Source: a bacterium
GTDB lineage: Bacteria; Zhuqueibacterota; Zhuqueibacteria; Residuimicrobiales; Krinioviventaceae
Assembly (NCBI GenBank): GCA_963693055.1
Contig: OY843751.1
Coordinates: 3,840,001 to 3,904,000, forward strand
Length of the DNA stretch: 64,000 nucleotides
Direction of reading: 5' to 3'
Shown: positions 18,298-29,077 of the stretch, one piece after another
How positions within the stretch are numbered: position 1 is the stretch's first letter
Layout: each line of letters begins with the position of its first letter
Program-made: the position numbers and the translations under genes
Notes under the pieces: generated by a model
Told to the model about the DNA's origin: nothing
The model's input: the letters and a program-made list of their open reading frames with translations, nothing else
Databases searched by the model: none

Positions 18298-19533
18298 TCA
18301 GCCTTGACGTCTTTTGGGGAACAGTAAGTGTGTACGCATCTCTTTATTTAACTTAAGCTTACCCGTCATTTGTTCATAATACGGCGCATTCCACACATTT
18401 GCGGAACGTCGCAACAATAAAAATAATCCTTCAGCATTGGTATCAATATAGTGCTCTATTCCACCCAGTTGTTCAAATTTCCAGGGTCCGCCATTTAATG
18501 GGCGTAATAAATAATCCATTGCTTTGCGCATAGAGCGTCCGTCTTGAGAATAATTCCACAAATCCACCCCAACTTTATCTCCCATAGATGCCAGTTCAAA
18601 CATACCTCTCAAATTCATCACACTATAGCTATAGGATTTTGTTCTATCAAGCTCATGGGGCTGACTGCCGTCTGGTTCTATATGTTTGGCAATACGGCGT
18701 TCTTTGGCTTCCTCAAGAATTGCAATTGCCAAGCTATCCTGCCCGGTATACAATGCCATACTTACGGCCTGAACATCCCACCAGGTTCCATGATTATTGA
18801 AATAATAATGCTCATCTTTACCTTTATCACTATTCAGCAGCCAATCCAGATAATTTTTAAACCATGCCTGCATACCCGCATCATCTTTTGCGGTCCATAC
18901 TTTAGTGGTCTTGAGCATACATATAGCATCAATACAATTCATCAGATTTCGGGTACCAATAATACCAATGCCACGTCCTTTAACCCGTCCGGGTATGGCC
19001 TGCCCAAACTCGAGATGGGGATTCATTCGGGTAGAATCATCAAGAAAGAACACTCGCAACAAATGAGCAGCTTTTTCAGCGTAAATATCATTATCAGAGA
19101 AAAATGCTGCCAAAGCAAGTGTTTCTACTGTATTTATCAATTTGTTAAGAGTAGGTGCATCAGAACGACTGTCACGACTTGCGGGATTCACCTCTCCATC
19201 TCTGCGAATAAATGGCAGACCGTCCGGCTTTTCCGGATCAGGCCACCAGTAAGGGCCATAACTCATAAAATCATGTTTATCACCACTGGGAGGAACAATG
19301 CTCTTGTTTATGACTGTTAAATCAGGGCACTCTAATGCAGCATCAGCATCTGCCAGTAATGCATTAAAAGCAGGGATATACTCCGGGTCTTTTGCAACAA
19401 TCCGTTCTTTGACAGAGTTCAGATCAATGGGATCCAGACGAAACGTGTTCAAAGAATTATCCAGCGCTTTATTATTCTGATAGCAATTAAAAAACATTAG
19501 CAAAAACAAAAACGCAAACAAACGCTTATACAT
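18298..19533 (-). CDS. Alginate lyase family (alpha/alpha-barrel) lipoprotein
   Basis: PPSGDKHDFMSYGPYWWPDP, NNHGTW, QPHELDRT motifs. Confidence 0.85.
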   Translation of the reverse strand: MYKRLFAFLFLLMFFNCYQNNKALDNSLNTFRLDPIDLNSVKERIVAKDPEYIPAFNALLADADAALECPDLTVINKSIVPPSGDKHDFMSYGPYWWPDPEKPDGLPFIRRDGEVNPASRDSRSDAPTLNKLINTVETLALAAFFSDNDIYAEKAAHLLRVFFLDDSTRMNPHLEFGQAIPGRVKGRGIGIIGTRNLMNCIDAICMLKTTKVWTAKDDAGMQAWFKNYLDWLLNSDKGKDEHYYFNNHGTWWDVQAVSMALYTGQDSLAIAILEEAKERRIAKHIEPDGSQPHELDRTKSYSYSVMNLRGMFELASMGDKVGVDLWNYSQDGRSMRKAMDYLLRPLNGGPWKFEQLGGIEHYIDTNAEGLFLLLRRSANVWNAPYYEQMTGKLKLNKEMRTHLLFPKRRQG

Positions 19534-19754
19534 GGCTGCTCCTGTAAATTACAAGTATTTATAGTATAATCAAAATTTTAGAGGAATGCAAAACCAATTC
19601 ATTGCTGCTTGTAAAAATGGCTTGCATTTCAAAAAATCTATTATAAATTTATAATACAATTCTTTGGGTAGATGTTTTAGGGTAAATTTTTATAGCAGAA
19701 AAAACGGGGACGATCAATCAGGAGCGCATTTTCTGTTAGAAAGGGGTAACAAAA

Positions 19755-20669
19755 ATGATTTTTCTGGTTGAAGATGAACCAATTTATCAAAAATTAATCG
19801 CCAGTGCATTACAACCTCTGCATTGTGAAATTGACATTGCAAATGATGGCTATTCGGCTATTGAAAAATTTAAACCAGACATTCACAAACTCGCAATAAT
19901 TGATCTGGTTTTACCGGGCCCCATGAACGGCATTGAAGTGATCCGTAAACTGTTACAGTTAAAACCTGACCTAACTGTACTGGTTTGCTCTGGCTATGGT
20001 AACCATACAATTCAAACTAAAATCAAAAAAGCCGGCGCCCGCGATTTTATCTATAAACCCTTTACTCCGGACCAAATGCTTGAAAAAGTTACCGCATACC
20101 TGAATTTAAAAAAAACAGACCCCCATCAACAGTCAGAAAAAACTAAAAACAGTCAGATTGAGAACATTAATCGAAATACAGAACCATCGCCCCATACTCC
20201 CAATATAGAAACGAAAGAACCAACCACTCGAATGACTTTTCCTCAAATCTTTGATAAATTCCCCACACCGGTCATCAAAGAAATCTTTAAAATTGGTACT
20301 CAACTACGTCTGCTAAAGCAATGCAGAGATACAATCAACTATACAGAGTCTATAATAACGGTTACATCAGGACGATTAAGGTGTTACCGTCAGAACCAGA
20401 TAATAGGTATACTGGAAGCCGGCCAAAGTCTGGGCTTTGAATCTCTAACCAAAGAATATGATTCTTATTGTAACCTTGAAATTGAAGCATTAACAACAAC
20501 TACTTTATTAATTATCCCTAAAATCCATTTTTTACAATTCTTTTGTAATCATAGTGAGAATCTGCTTGCTCAGTTGGAACAAAATCTTAAACTAGCAATG
20601 CCACAAAATTTGTTATACAACGCGGGGATGCTGAATCAGAAAAATAGCCAAATAAAAATACTCCACTAG
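19755..20669 (+). CDS. Response regulator with cNMP-binding-like C-terminal domain
   Basis: VEDE, DLVLP, KP receiver motifs; C-terminal SGRLRC...GQSLGFE resembles a cNMP fold. Confidence 0.75.
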   Translation: MIFLVEDEPIYQKLIASALQPLHCEIDIANDGYSAIEKFKPDIHKLAIIDLVLPGPMNGIEVIRKLLQLKPDLTVLVCSGYGNHTIQTKIKKAGARDFIYKPFTPDQMLEKVTAYLNLKKTDPHQQSEKTKNSQIENINRNTEPSPHTPNIETKEPTTRMTFPQIFDKFPTPVIKEIFKIGTQLRLLKQCRDTINYTESIITVTSGRLRCYRQNQIIGILEAGQSLGFESLTKEYDSYCNLEIEALTTTTLLIIPKIHFLQFFCNHSENLLAQLEQNLKLAMPQNLLYNAGMLNQKNSQIKILH

Positions 20670-20781
20670 TATCAAAAAGCTTTCTCTGAATCAACCGGCA
20701 TGAAAATTATTTCTTGATAAATGTTTTAAAAATTGTATATTAGGTTTGTTGTAATTTAGAATTGGTTGAATTGGTGATGGA

Positions 20782-21765
20782 ATGATCCTAATTGTTGAAG
20801 ATGAAGCCTTGTTCAGTCAAGCAATTGCAGAAATGCTTGATGGATTTGGTAAAAGAGTCATAATAGCTACCGATGGCGACCAGGCTCTTGAAAAAATGGA
20901 AAAATATCATTACTCTCTTGCCGTTATTGATTTGGTTTTACCGGGACCAATGAATGGATTAGAAGTGATTAAAAAGATCAAACTTCATACTCCAAGTACC
21001 CGTGTGATTGCCATTTCAGGTTATGGGAACCAATCCCTCATCCAAAAAACATACAAAGCCGGCGCAGATGTCTTTATAGCAAAACCATTCAAACCGGTTG
21101 AATTGATTGATCATGTTGAAAAGCTGTTATTCAAACGTAAAGCCGTTGAAACAGAAGAACCTCTGCCAGACATGGAAAAACCCACAACTCCGACCTCTGT
21201 AGCACCAGAGCCAGTGGCAATGCCAGTCATGTCCCCACAACCTCAACCTGTTGTCAATCAACCTGAACCTGCAAGAGCAACTGGCAATACCATACCGGAA
21301 CTGTTTAGAAATTTTCCTCAAAAATCTTTGGTCGAATTGGTTAAATTGGGTAAAGTTACCAAAATTAACCAGGGACAAAGACTTAAAATCAATTACACTG
21401 AAAATATTGTTATTATTGCCGGGGGTATGGTAGGATGCTCAAGAGATAATGTGCATGTGGGCATGTTGAACGTACGAGAATCCATAGGGCAAGAGTCACT
21501 CACACAAGATATTGATCCCAATGCCTGGGTTATCATTGAAACAACCGTTCCCAGCAAGCTCTTTATTATCCCCAAAGTACAACTGTTACGCTACCTCAGC
21601 AACCATTCCGAACTGCTTTTAGAAACATTCAAGGCCAATTTAAAAGATTCGTTAAAACACAATATCATTCTCAAAACGGCCCGGCATATGGATTCACCCG
21701 AAGAACCTGGCCTATCAGAAAATTCCAGTGAAAACCGGAACCCACAGGACGATTTAATAATATAA
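20782..21765 (+). CDS. Response regulator with Pro-rich linker and cNMP-binding-like domain (paralog of the preceding gene)
   Basis: VEDE, IDLVLPGPMNG, KPF; INYTE...SIGQESL shared with the paralog. Confidence 0.75.
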   Translation: MILIVEDEALFSQAIAEMLDGFGKRVIIATDGDQALEKMEKYHYSLAVIDLVLPGPMNGLEVIKKIKLHTPSTRVIAISGYGNQSLIQKTYKAGADVFIAKPFKPVELIDHVEKLLFKRKAVETEEPLPDMEKPTTPTSVAPEPVAMPVMSPQPQPVVNQPEPARATGNTIPELFRNFPQKSLVELVKLGKVTKINQGQRLKINYTENIVIIAGGMVGCSRDNVHVGMLNVRESIGQESLTQDIDPNAWVIIETTVPSKLFIIPKVQLLRYLSNHSELLLETFKANLKDSLKHNIILKTARHMDSPEEPGLSENSSENRNPQDDLII

Positions 21766-21814
21766 AATTATTTACTCCAAATCAACAGACACAAATACTA
21801 AAACAGAGGAAACT

Positions 21815-22672
21815 ATGAAGAAGATTTTGTTTATAGTCGCAATAGTTTTTATAGCCCTGCCCGCTTTTTCAGCAAGTAATTCCGAAACACAAAACATTAT
21901 GACCTTTAATTTACGGTTCAACAACCCCAATGATGGTGAAAATGCATGGCCTCTAAGGAAAGATAATGCCGTTAGCATGATTCGGTTTTATGATGCAGAT
22001 ATTGTAGGCTGCCAGGAAGCGCTAATTGACCAGGTAGAATATCTGGATGATAAACTGAACGATTATTCCTGGTATGGATTGGGTAGAGATGATGGTAAAA
22101 AAGACGGTGAGATTATGGCTGTTTTTTACAAATCCGCCAGGTACAATGTACTGATGGATTCTACAATCTGGCTTTCTCAAACACCTACCCAACCGGGAAA
22201 AGGTTGGGATGCCGCTTGTAACCGCACAATTACCGTATTGAAATTCCAAGACAAGAATAGCCAAGAGATCTTTTATCTGTTCAATACACATTTTGACCAC
22301 AGAGGCCAGGAAGCACGCCGACAAAGCGCGCATTTGTTAATCAAATCGGTCAAGGAAATTGCAGGTAAAACCCCATTTGTGGTCACTGGTGATTTTAATA
22401 TGGTACCCGAGAGTGAACCTTATCAAATTATTACCAGTAGTAAATCACCCCAAATTATTGACGCAAAAAAAATCACAAAGCTTCCACATCATGGACCGAC
22501 GGGTACCTCTACCGGATTTAAAATAGAAAATATTGATAGAAAGAAACGTATCGATTACATATTCACAGGTGTAGGCATTCAGGTATTGAGGCATGGTACG
22601 CTTTCAGATACCTTTGACGGGAAACTTCCCTCGGACCATTTTCCGGTATTGGCAGAAATTAAACTACCATAA
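21815..22672 (+). CDS. Secreted endonuclease/exonuclease/phosphatase family protein
   Basis: MTFNLR, QE, NTHFDH, GDFN, RIDYIF, SDHFPV. Confidence 0.9.
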   Translation: MKKILFIVAIVFIALPAFSASNSETQNIMTFNLRFNNPNDGENAWPLRKDNAVSMIRFYDADIVGCQEALIDQVEYLDDKLNDYSWYGLGRDDGKKDGEIMAVFYKSARYNVLMDSTIWLSQTPTQPGKGWDAACNRTITVLKFQDKNSQEIFYLFNTHFDHRGQEARRQSAHLLIKSVKEIAGKTPFVVTGDFNMVPESEPYQIITSSKSPQIIDAKKITKLPHHGPTGTSTGFKIENIDRKKRIDYIFTGVGIQVLRHGTLSDTFDGKLPSDHFPVLAEIKLP

Positions 22673-22697
22673 ATAAATTGATCAAAAAGGAGCAGAT

Positions 22698-23717
22698 ATG
22701 AAAAAAGTTTTAACAGTATTACTTTCCTTGCTTTTTTTCCTGGTTGCGTGCAGTACCCAAAATGCAGATAAACCTGCTGAAACAATTGTAAAACAACAAT
22801 TTATTTTTTCAATGGAATATCCACCAACTCCGGAATGCCATGCATCTACACTTGAAGAAACACCGGAAGGCCTTATTGCAGCATGGTTTGCAGGTACCAG
22901 GGAAAAAAATCCGGATGTTGGAATATGGACATCTCATTACACCAAAGCAAATGGCTGGTCAGCTCCGGTTGAAGTAATTGATGATCCCACCTACCCATGT
23001 TGGAATCCTGTGCTGTTTCAGCCTTCCAGCGGCCCACTGCTTCTTTTCTACAAAGTCGGCCCAACTCCACGTGATTGGTGGGGAATGGTTCTCAAATCAA
23101 ACGATAATGGTAAAACCTGGAGCGAACCGGAAAGACTGCCGGATGGATTTCTGGGTCCCATCAAAAACAAACCCATTGAAACCAAACCGGGTATGGTCTT
23201 GTGCCCAACAAGTACAGAAGATAATGGTTGGGTAGTACACTTTGAAATTTTGGACCTGTCCGATTGGAGCTGGTGGAAAACTGGTCGTTTAAATGATGCT
23301 GAAAAATATGGTGCTATACAACCCACTCTTTTGACTTATCCCGATGGAAAAATTCAGGCTTTGAATCGTAGTCGTCAAAAGGTTATTACTGAATTATGGT
23401 CAAGCGATGGCGGAAGGACCTGGAGCGAAATGACTGATACCATGCTGCCAAACCCCAACTCGGGTATTGACGGCGTTACATTAAAAGATGGTCGTCAGGT
23501 ATTGATCTATAATCATACTCCCAAAGGTCGTTCACCCATCAACCTGGCAGTATCCAAAGACGGTAAAAACTGGACACCCGTTCTTGAACTGGAAACCATT
23601 GAAGGTGAATTTTCTTATCCTGCGGTAATTCAAAGTTCAGATGGTATGGTGCAGGTACTTTACACATATAAACGCAAAACAATCAAACACGTAATTGTAG
23701 ACCCCTCTACATTTTAG
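22698..23717 (+). CDS. Sialidase-like BNR-repeat lipoprotein
   Basis: Lipobox LVAC; CHASTL, SxDxGxTW Asp-boxes, GPIKNKP, PNPNSG, SYP. Confidence 0.85.
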   Translation: MKKVLTVLLSLLFFLVACSTQNADKPAETIVKQQFIFSMEYPPTPECHASTLEETPEGLIAAWFAGTREKNPDVGIWTSHYTKANGWSAPVEVIDDPTYPCWNPVLFQPSSGPLLLFYKVGPTPRDWWGMVLKSNDNGKTWSEPERLPDGFLGPIKNKPIETKPGMVLCPTSTEDNGWVVHFEILDLSDWSWWKTGRLNDAEKYGAIQPTLLTYPDGKIQALNRSRQKVITELWSSDGGRTWSEMTDTMLPNPNSGIDGVTLKDGRQVLIYNHTPKGRSPINLAVSKDGKNWTPVLELETIEGEFSYPAVIQSSDGMVQVLYTYKRKTIKHVIVDPSTF

Positions 23718-23720
23718 CAT

Positions 23721-23754
23721 AAAAAAAGCCCCTGGACTCATTATCCAGGGGCTT
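23721..23754 (-). terminator. Intrinsic terminator between convergent genes
   Basis: A7-gcccctgga-ctcatta-tccaggggc-tt. Confidence 0.75.
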
Positions 23755-23776
23755 GATGCCTGCAAATAAAAAAATC

Positions 23777-24619
23777 TTATAACATCGACAACACACCTTT
23801 AATATAACCAATAGATTCAGCAGCACCTGCTAAAGGATCATCTCCGTCTTTTTCATATTCAAGAGAAACTTTGCCTTTATAGCCCAAATCAACAAGCGTT
23901 TTGAGGAATCCGGGGATATCAATTACACCCCGCCCTACTTGCAGGGTACTTCCCTTTTCTGTAGATTCAGTAACGTCTTTAATGTGCACATCAAATAAAC
24001 GATCAAAGTATTTTTTAGATTCACCCGCGGGATCAAGACCAATACGTTGTGTATGACCAATATCCATACACAAGCCAAAACGTTTATCAAGGTTTTTTAT
24101 GCGGTCATATGCATCACTGGGTGCAGGATATCGTTTATCACCAGGGCCATGGTTATGAATTGCAACCATAATATCATATTCTTTTATCTTTTCATTAACC
24201 AGCTCTAACAGATTGTGTTCAGGAACACCAATAATCATTTTCATTCCGGCAGCTTTTGCATATTCAAATGCCTGGATGACCTGCGCTTCATTCTCCATAT
24301 AAACCACACCGCATCCATACAGATTCAAGCCTGCAGCTTTAGTCTTTTCAACAGTTTCTTTGATCTTTTCCGGGGAAGAGTCAAGTGGTAAATGCATACT
24401 TTTAAAAGCAATATTTTTCACACCCACCTTATTGGTCATTTCCAGAGTTTCTTCAAGACTGAATTTACGAAAAGTATAAGATGCCATACCTAACTCTAAT
24501 GGGCATTCTTTGCTCTTTTTATCATATCCGGCGCCATACACTGAAGAAGCCAATGCACCCGCAGCAGCAACACCAATACCCGCGGTTTTGAAAAAATCTC
24601 TTCTTGACTGATGAGACAT
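23777..24619 (-). CDS. Tat-exported sugar phosphate isomerase/epimerase (TIM barrel)
   Basis: SRRDFFK Tat motif, HNHG, DIGH, HIKD, EYE; GGAGG before ATG 24619. Confidence 0.85.
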   Translation of the reverse strand: MSHQSRRDFFKTAGIGVAAAGALASSVYGAGYDKKSKECPLELGMASYTFRKFSLEETLEMTNKVGVKNIAFKSMHLPLDSSPEKIKETVEKTKAAGLNLYGCGVVYMENEAQVIQAFEYAKAAGMKMIIGVPEHNLLELVNEKIKEYDIMVAIHNHGPGDKRYPAPSDAYDRIKNLDKRFGLCMDIGHTQRIGLDPAGESKKYFDRLFDVHIKDVTESTEKGSTLQVGRGVIDIPGFLKTLVDLGYKGKVSLEYEKDGDDPLAGAAESIGYIKGVLSML

Positions 24620-24694
24620 TTTTGAACCTCCATTTTTTTGAATGGCATAAAGTAACATGAAATTCATGAAATGTCAATATATATTTGAACCGGT

Positions 24695-25144
24695 TCAAAT
24701 TATTTGTTTTTCAGGTTTATCACTCACCATATATATCAATGCATCGCCTTCAACACAAACAGTACCATCCTGTTTTTCACATAAAAGCTTTAATGTTACA
24801 ATGGGTTTATCTTGCCTCAGGTGAGATACTGTAGCAGAAGCGGTAATAGTATCACCAATAAATACGGGGGCTTTCATATCAAAATTATAATTGAGCGAAA
24901 CACCTCCGGGTGTAGTCAAAGCGCTGGTACAGTTTTGAACAAGGGATGCGGTTAAAAATCCATGTGCAATACGCTGACCAAACTGGGTAGTTTTGGCATA
25001 AGTATCATCAACGTGTATACGATTAAAATCACCTGTAATGCCTGCAAATAAATATATATCACTTTCTGAAAGCGTTTTTACAAACTCGTGCCGTAAACCT
25101 ATATACATATCAGACATGTGTTTTTCGGCAATATCTTTAGACAT
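24695..25144 (-). CDS. MaoC family dehydratase
   Basis: FAGITGDFNRIH, IAHG, APVFIGDT. Confidence 0.9.
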   Translation of the reverse strand: MSKDIAEKHMSDMYIGLRHEFVKTLSESDIYLFAGITGDFNRIHVDDTYAKTTQFGQRIAHGFLTASLVQNCTSALTTPGGVSLNYNFDMKAPVFIGDTITASATVSHLRQDKPIVTLKLLCEKQDGTVCVEGDALIYMVSDKPEKQII

Positions 25145-25272
25145 TATAACCTCCTAATACACCAAAAATAATCAGGTTGCAATAAACAAGAATTTAATGT
25201 ATACTATACAAAATTGCACAATCAAAAACAATCAAGTAATTATAGCTGTTATTCCCAATAAACTGGAGAAGC

Positions 25273-26535
25273 ATGATGAAAAAAATTGCAGCAATATTAT
25301 TATTGATAGTAACATTGGCCGTATCCCAGGAAGCAAATTACGACGAATCCCTTGTACCTGATTATACACTTCCGGAACTTTTCAAAATGCAAGACGGCAC
25401 ACTGGTAAAAACAGTTAAAGACTGGGAGCAAAAACGTCGCCCCGAAATTCTGGCATTATTTGAAAAAGAAGTATATGGAAAATCTCCAGAGGCCCCCAAA
25501 AATCTGCGCTATAAAGTATTGGAGCAAAGTGACAAGGCAATAGACGGCAAAGCCACCCGTAAACAGGTTCGGGTCTTTTTCAGCGACAATGAAAATCCGC
25601 ATATGGATATACTGATCTATATCCCCAACAAGGTATCAAAACCCGCACCTGGTTTTCTCACACTCAACTTTTACGGCAATCATACTGTCAGTAACGATCC
25701 TGAAATCATTATATCAGATTCATGGTCACGCAACAATGAGGATTTTCATATTGAAAACAACAAGCTGGATGAACGTTCTCGCGGAGTACGAACAAACCGC
25801 TGGGCTGTAGAAAAAATAATTGATCGCGGTTACATGCTGTCTACAATCTATTACGGAGATATTGACCCTGATTTTAATGATTTCAACAATGGCATACATC
25901 CACTCTTTTATAAAAATGACCAAACGCAACCCGGGCCCGACGAATGGGGCGCAATTGCTGCATGGGCCTGGGGTCTCTCGAGAGCCATGGATTATTTTGA
26001 AAAAGATAATCAAATCGATCAAAATAATATTGCAGTTATGGGTCACTCTAGATTGGGTAAAACATCATTATGGGCAGGTGCTACTGATCCCCGTATTGCG
26101 ATTACAATTTCAAATTGTTCAGGATGCGGTGGAGCCGCAATTTCCCGCAGAAAATTTGGAGAAACCGTCAAACGTATCAATACCTCTTTTCCCCATTGGT
26201 TTTGCGATAATTTCCTGCAATACAATGATAACGAAGACAATCTGCCCATAGATCAGCACATGTTGATTGCTTTAATGGCCCCCCGCCCTGTTTACATAGC
26301 AAGCGCGGAAAAAGACCGTTGGGCTGATCCTAAAGGTGAATTTTTGTCCGGTAAATTCGCCAGCCCTGTCTTTGAATTATATGGATTTGAAGCAATGCAG
26401 GCAGATGAATGGCCGCCTGTAAACACCCCGGTCAAGGGTATCATTGGTTATCATGTACGTACTGGTAAACATGATGTAACTGAATACGATTGGGAACAAT
26501 ATTTAGAGTTTGCAGATAAATATTTAAAAAATTAA
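25273..26535 (+). CDS. CE15 glucuronoyl esterase-like carbohydrate esterase
   Basis: Signal peptide, AWAWG, GHSRLGK, FPHWF, DQH, WADP. Confidence 0.85.
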   Translation: MMKKIAAILLLIVTLAVSQEANYDESLVPDYTLPELFKMQDGTLVKTVKDWEQKRRPEILALFEKEVYGKSPEAPKNLRYKVLEQSDKAIDGKATRKQVRVFFSDNENPHMDILIYIPNKVSKPAPGFLTLNFYGNHTVSNDPEIIISDSWSRNNEDFHIENNKLDERSRGVRTNRWAVEKIIDRGYMLSTIYYGDIDPDFNDFNNGIHPLFYKNDQTQPGPDEWGAIAAWAWGLSRAMDYFEKDNQIDQNNIAVMGHSRLGKTSLWAGATDPRIAITISNCSGCGGAAISRRKFGETVKRINTSFPHWFCDNFLQYNDNEDNLPIDQHMLIALMAPRPVYIASAEKDRWADPKGEFLSGKFASPVFELYGFEAMQADEWPPVNTPVKGIIGYHVRTGKHDVTEYDWEQYLEFADKYLKN

Positions 26536-26550
26536 TTATTATTCATCATT

Positions 26551-26595
26551 CAAATCCCCTCTGGCAAAAACCCTATTGTCAAGGGGATTTGTTTT
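26551..26595 (+). terminator. Terminator-like hairpin after the CE15 gene; IS target site
   Basis: caaatcccct...aggggatttg followed by tttt. Confidence 0.55.
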
Positions 26596-28026
26596 CAGGA
26601 CACCCCCGAAAAATCACAAATCATATTACTGTAAGTAATAAAAAATAATGGAGATAGAAGCAAAAAAAGCTTGTAAAAATAAAAAAAGGTTGCCTCATTA
26701 TAGTTGACAGACCATAATATAGGAGGCAACCCATGGACATCACAAAACGAGTCCAAGTAAAACTTAATCAAGTGACAGCGAAATATCAAGCAGAATTCAA
26801 CCGACCGGACTATAAATTTATCAGAGACATGCATTATGGGATACTTTGCTCCGGGCATGTACATTTAAATAAAATCGCATCAACCCTAAAGGAAGAGACG
26901 AGCCTAAAAAAGACAACAGAACGAATGTCTAGCCACTTGGGCCGCCCAGGATTTGACAGAGAATTAACCATTAGTCATCTGAAAATAAACAAAAGAAGGT
27001 TTTCGGATTCGAAATACTTGATAGCAGATATGAGTGATATAATCAAGCCTTATGCGGAAAAGATGGAAGGGCTTGATCGTGTTTATGATGGTAGTACCAA
27101 AGAACTAGGGAATGGATACTGGCAACTGAATATCATTGGAGTTGATAAAACCGGTACATCCATCATGCCGCTGGTGAGTACGCTTTGGGCGACGGATCAG
27201 GAAGAAGGCAAAGGTATTTCAGAGAACAAGAAAATCCTCGAATCCGTGGACACGATTCGAGAACATATTCATGGAGAACAGATAGTTGTTTATGATCGCG
27301 GAGGTGATCGTAGCAAACTGATGAACAAATGGATTAAGCAAAAACAACACTTTATAATACGGCAAACCGGGTACCGGGATATATTTGTTCAAGGAGTAAA
27401 GAAGAATTTAAAGAAATATGCCGAAAAAATCCGTCCCAGTACTGAAATTACCGTGCAGAAAAAACGCCGGAACAGGCTGATAAAGCGATGTTTTCAATGC
27501 GGTGCCCGTAAGGTATATCTGCCAAAGCAGTATGGGGATGGCCCAATGAACACCGGATTATGGCTGATTTCAGTCACTGAACCTGGCAAAGGCAAAAGCT
27601 GGTTTTTAAGCTTTATACCGGCAGAGACTGAACGTGAGGCCATAGAGATTACCATGGAAGGCTATGGTTACCGGTGGAAAATTGAAGAGGTACATCGTCA
27701 AATAAAAAATGATTATCATCTTGAAGACATTTGCCTTAAAAGGTATGTTGCGCTAAAAAATTTTAATGCCCTGTTTTGGAATGTCATGAGTTTTATCTAT
27801 TGTCATTTGGATAATATTTGTTTACATATTTTAGATCAATCTCAAGCTCCGTTGGTGTATAGAAGGAAATTAAACGAGTTTATTGGGTTTGTTTATTATA
27901 AACTGGCAAAGGCATTAAGGATCATTTTACCCAATATAAAGCTCAGAAAATTAAAGTGTAATAATCATGCCGGTGACAAAAATCAATTATTTTTGGCCCT
28001 CGAATAAAAAAATCGGGGGTACCCTG
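26596..28026 (+). mobile_element. IS4-family insertion sequence, 1431 bp
   Basis: TIRs CAGGACACCCCCGA / CAGGGTACCCCCGA (12/14); 10-bp direct repeat GATTTGTTTT at 26586-26595 and 28027-28036. Confidence 0.9.
26733..28007 (+). CDS. IS4-family DDE transposase
   Basis: IADMS (D), YDRGG (D), YGYRWKIEEVHRQIK (YREK motif). Confidence 0.9.
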   Translation: MDITKRVQVKLNQVTAKYQAEFNRPDYKFIRDMHYGILCSGHVHLNKIASTLKEETSLKKTTERMSSHLGRPGFDRELTISHLKINKRRFSDSKYLIADMSDIIKPYAEKMEGLDRVYDGSTKELGNGYWQLNIIGVDKTGTSIMPLVSTLWATDQEEGKGISENKKILESVDTIREHIHGEQIVVYDRGGDRSKLMNKWIKQKQHFIIRQTGYRDIFVQGVKKNLKKYAEKIRPSTEITVQKKRRNRLIKRCFQCGARKVYLPKQYGDGPMNTGLWLISVTEPGKGKSWFLSFIPAETEREAIEITMEGYGYRWKIEEVHRQIKNDYHLEDICLKRYVALKNFNALFWNVMSFIYCHLDNICLHILDQSQAPLVYRRKLNEFIGFVYYKLAKALRIILPNIKLRKLKCNNHAGDKNQLFLALE

Positions 28027-28150
28027 GATTTGTTTTATCTCAAACATCTCATCTCAAATATATCACTGTTTTAGTATTGCGTTACATCTTTTTTTTCTGT
28101 ATTTTATTTGAAATTTTTTCTCACAAAGATGAATTCTATTCAGAGATTGT

Positions 28151-29077
28151 ATGCAAAAAGATCAAAAATGGGGTTTTATCGTTAATCCGGTAGCGGGAAA
28201 TGGGCTTGCAAAAACCTATCTGCCAGTTATTGAAAAACACGCAAAAACCAGAAACCTGAATTATGATATTGTTTTAACAGAATATCACAATCATGCAGTG
28301 GAACTTGCGCATGATTTTGCCGTAAAAGGTTACAAGTACATCATTGCAGTGGGTGGTGACGGCACAATTCATGAAGCTGCAACAGGTTTGCTGCAGCATG
28401 ATCATGATGCAACGTTAGGTGCCATTCCGGCAGGATCAGGTAACGATATTATCCCCATGCTGGGCTTCCCACATCATTTTACAGACAAAGATTGGGATGT
28501 GTTCTTTAATTGCAATACTGTGCATTCTGATGTGGGTGTTTGTAATGGACACTATTTTGTTAATGGGATGGGTCTGGGTATAGATGCTCAGATAGCCGTT
28601 TCGAAAACACAAGCAGAAGAGGATATTAATAAAAAGCACACATCTTATTTCAGTCATATAATTAAAACAATTTTGTCATTTAAAGAAGAACCCTTTACCC
28701 TTATTTTAGGGGAAGAAGAAACCAATGTACACTGTTTAATATATACCATAGGAAACGGCAGACGTTTTGGTGGTGGATATTATTTGACACCTGAAGCTAT
28801 AGCTAACGACAGTACCTTTGACATTTGTTTTGCAGATAAATTATCTATTTTGGAAAGAATTTTATTATTGGCCAAAGTGCCAAGTGGTACACATATAAAA
28901 AATAAAAAAGTAATGTATTCACAAGCGGACCGAATATTGCTGCAATTTAATACAAAAGTGCCTTATCATCTGGATGGAGAAATTTATTACGATGAACAAT
29001 TCATTGTCAATATTCTCCCCAAAAAATTAAAGCTCTTGTACAATCCTGAAGGAGATCACTATTTTGGCAGCAACTGA
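28151..29077 (+). CDS. Diacylglycerol/lipid kinase family protein (YegS/DgkB-like)
   Basis: NPVAG, GGDGT, PAGSGND, GNGRRFGGG, LDGE. Confidence 0.9.
   Translation: MQKDQKWGFIVNPVAGNGLAKTYLPVIEKHAKTRNLNYDIVLTEYHNHAVELAHDFAVKGYKYIIAVGGDGTIHEAATGLLQHDHDATLGAIPAGSGNDIIPMLGFPHHFTDKDWDVFFNCNTVHSDVGVCNGHYFVNGMGLGIDAQIAVSKTQAEEDINKKHTSYFSHIIKTILSFKEEPFTLILGEEETNVHCLIYTIGNGRRFGGGYYLTPEAIANDSTFDICFADKLSILERILLLAKVPSGTHIKNKKVMYSQADRILLQFNTKVPYHLDGEIYYDEQFIVNILPKKLKLLYNPEGDHYFGSN

Noticed and set aside
18544-19320. 258-aa plus-strand ORF
   Set aside because: Antisense shadow of the alginate-lyase-family gene
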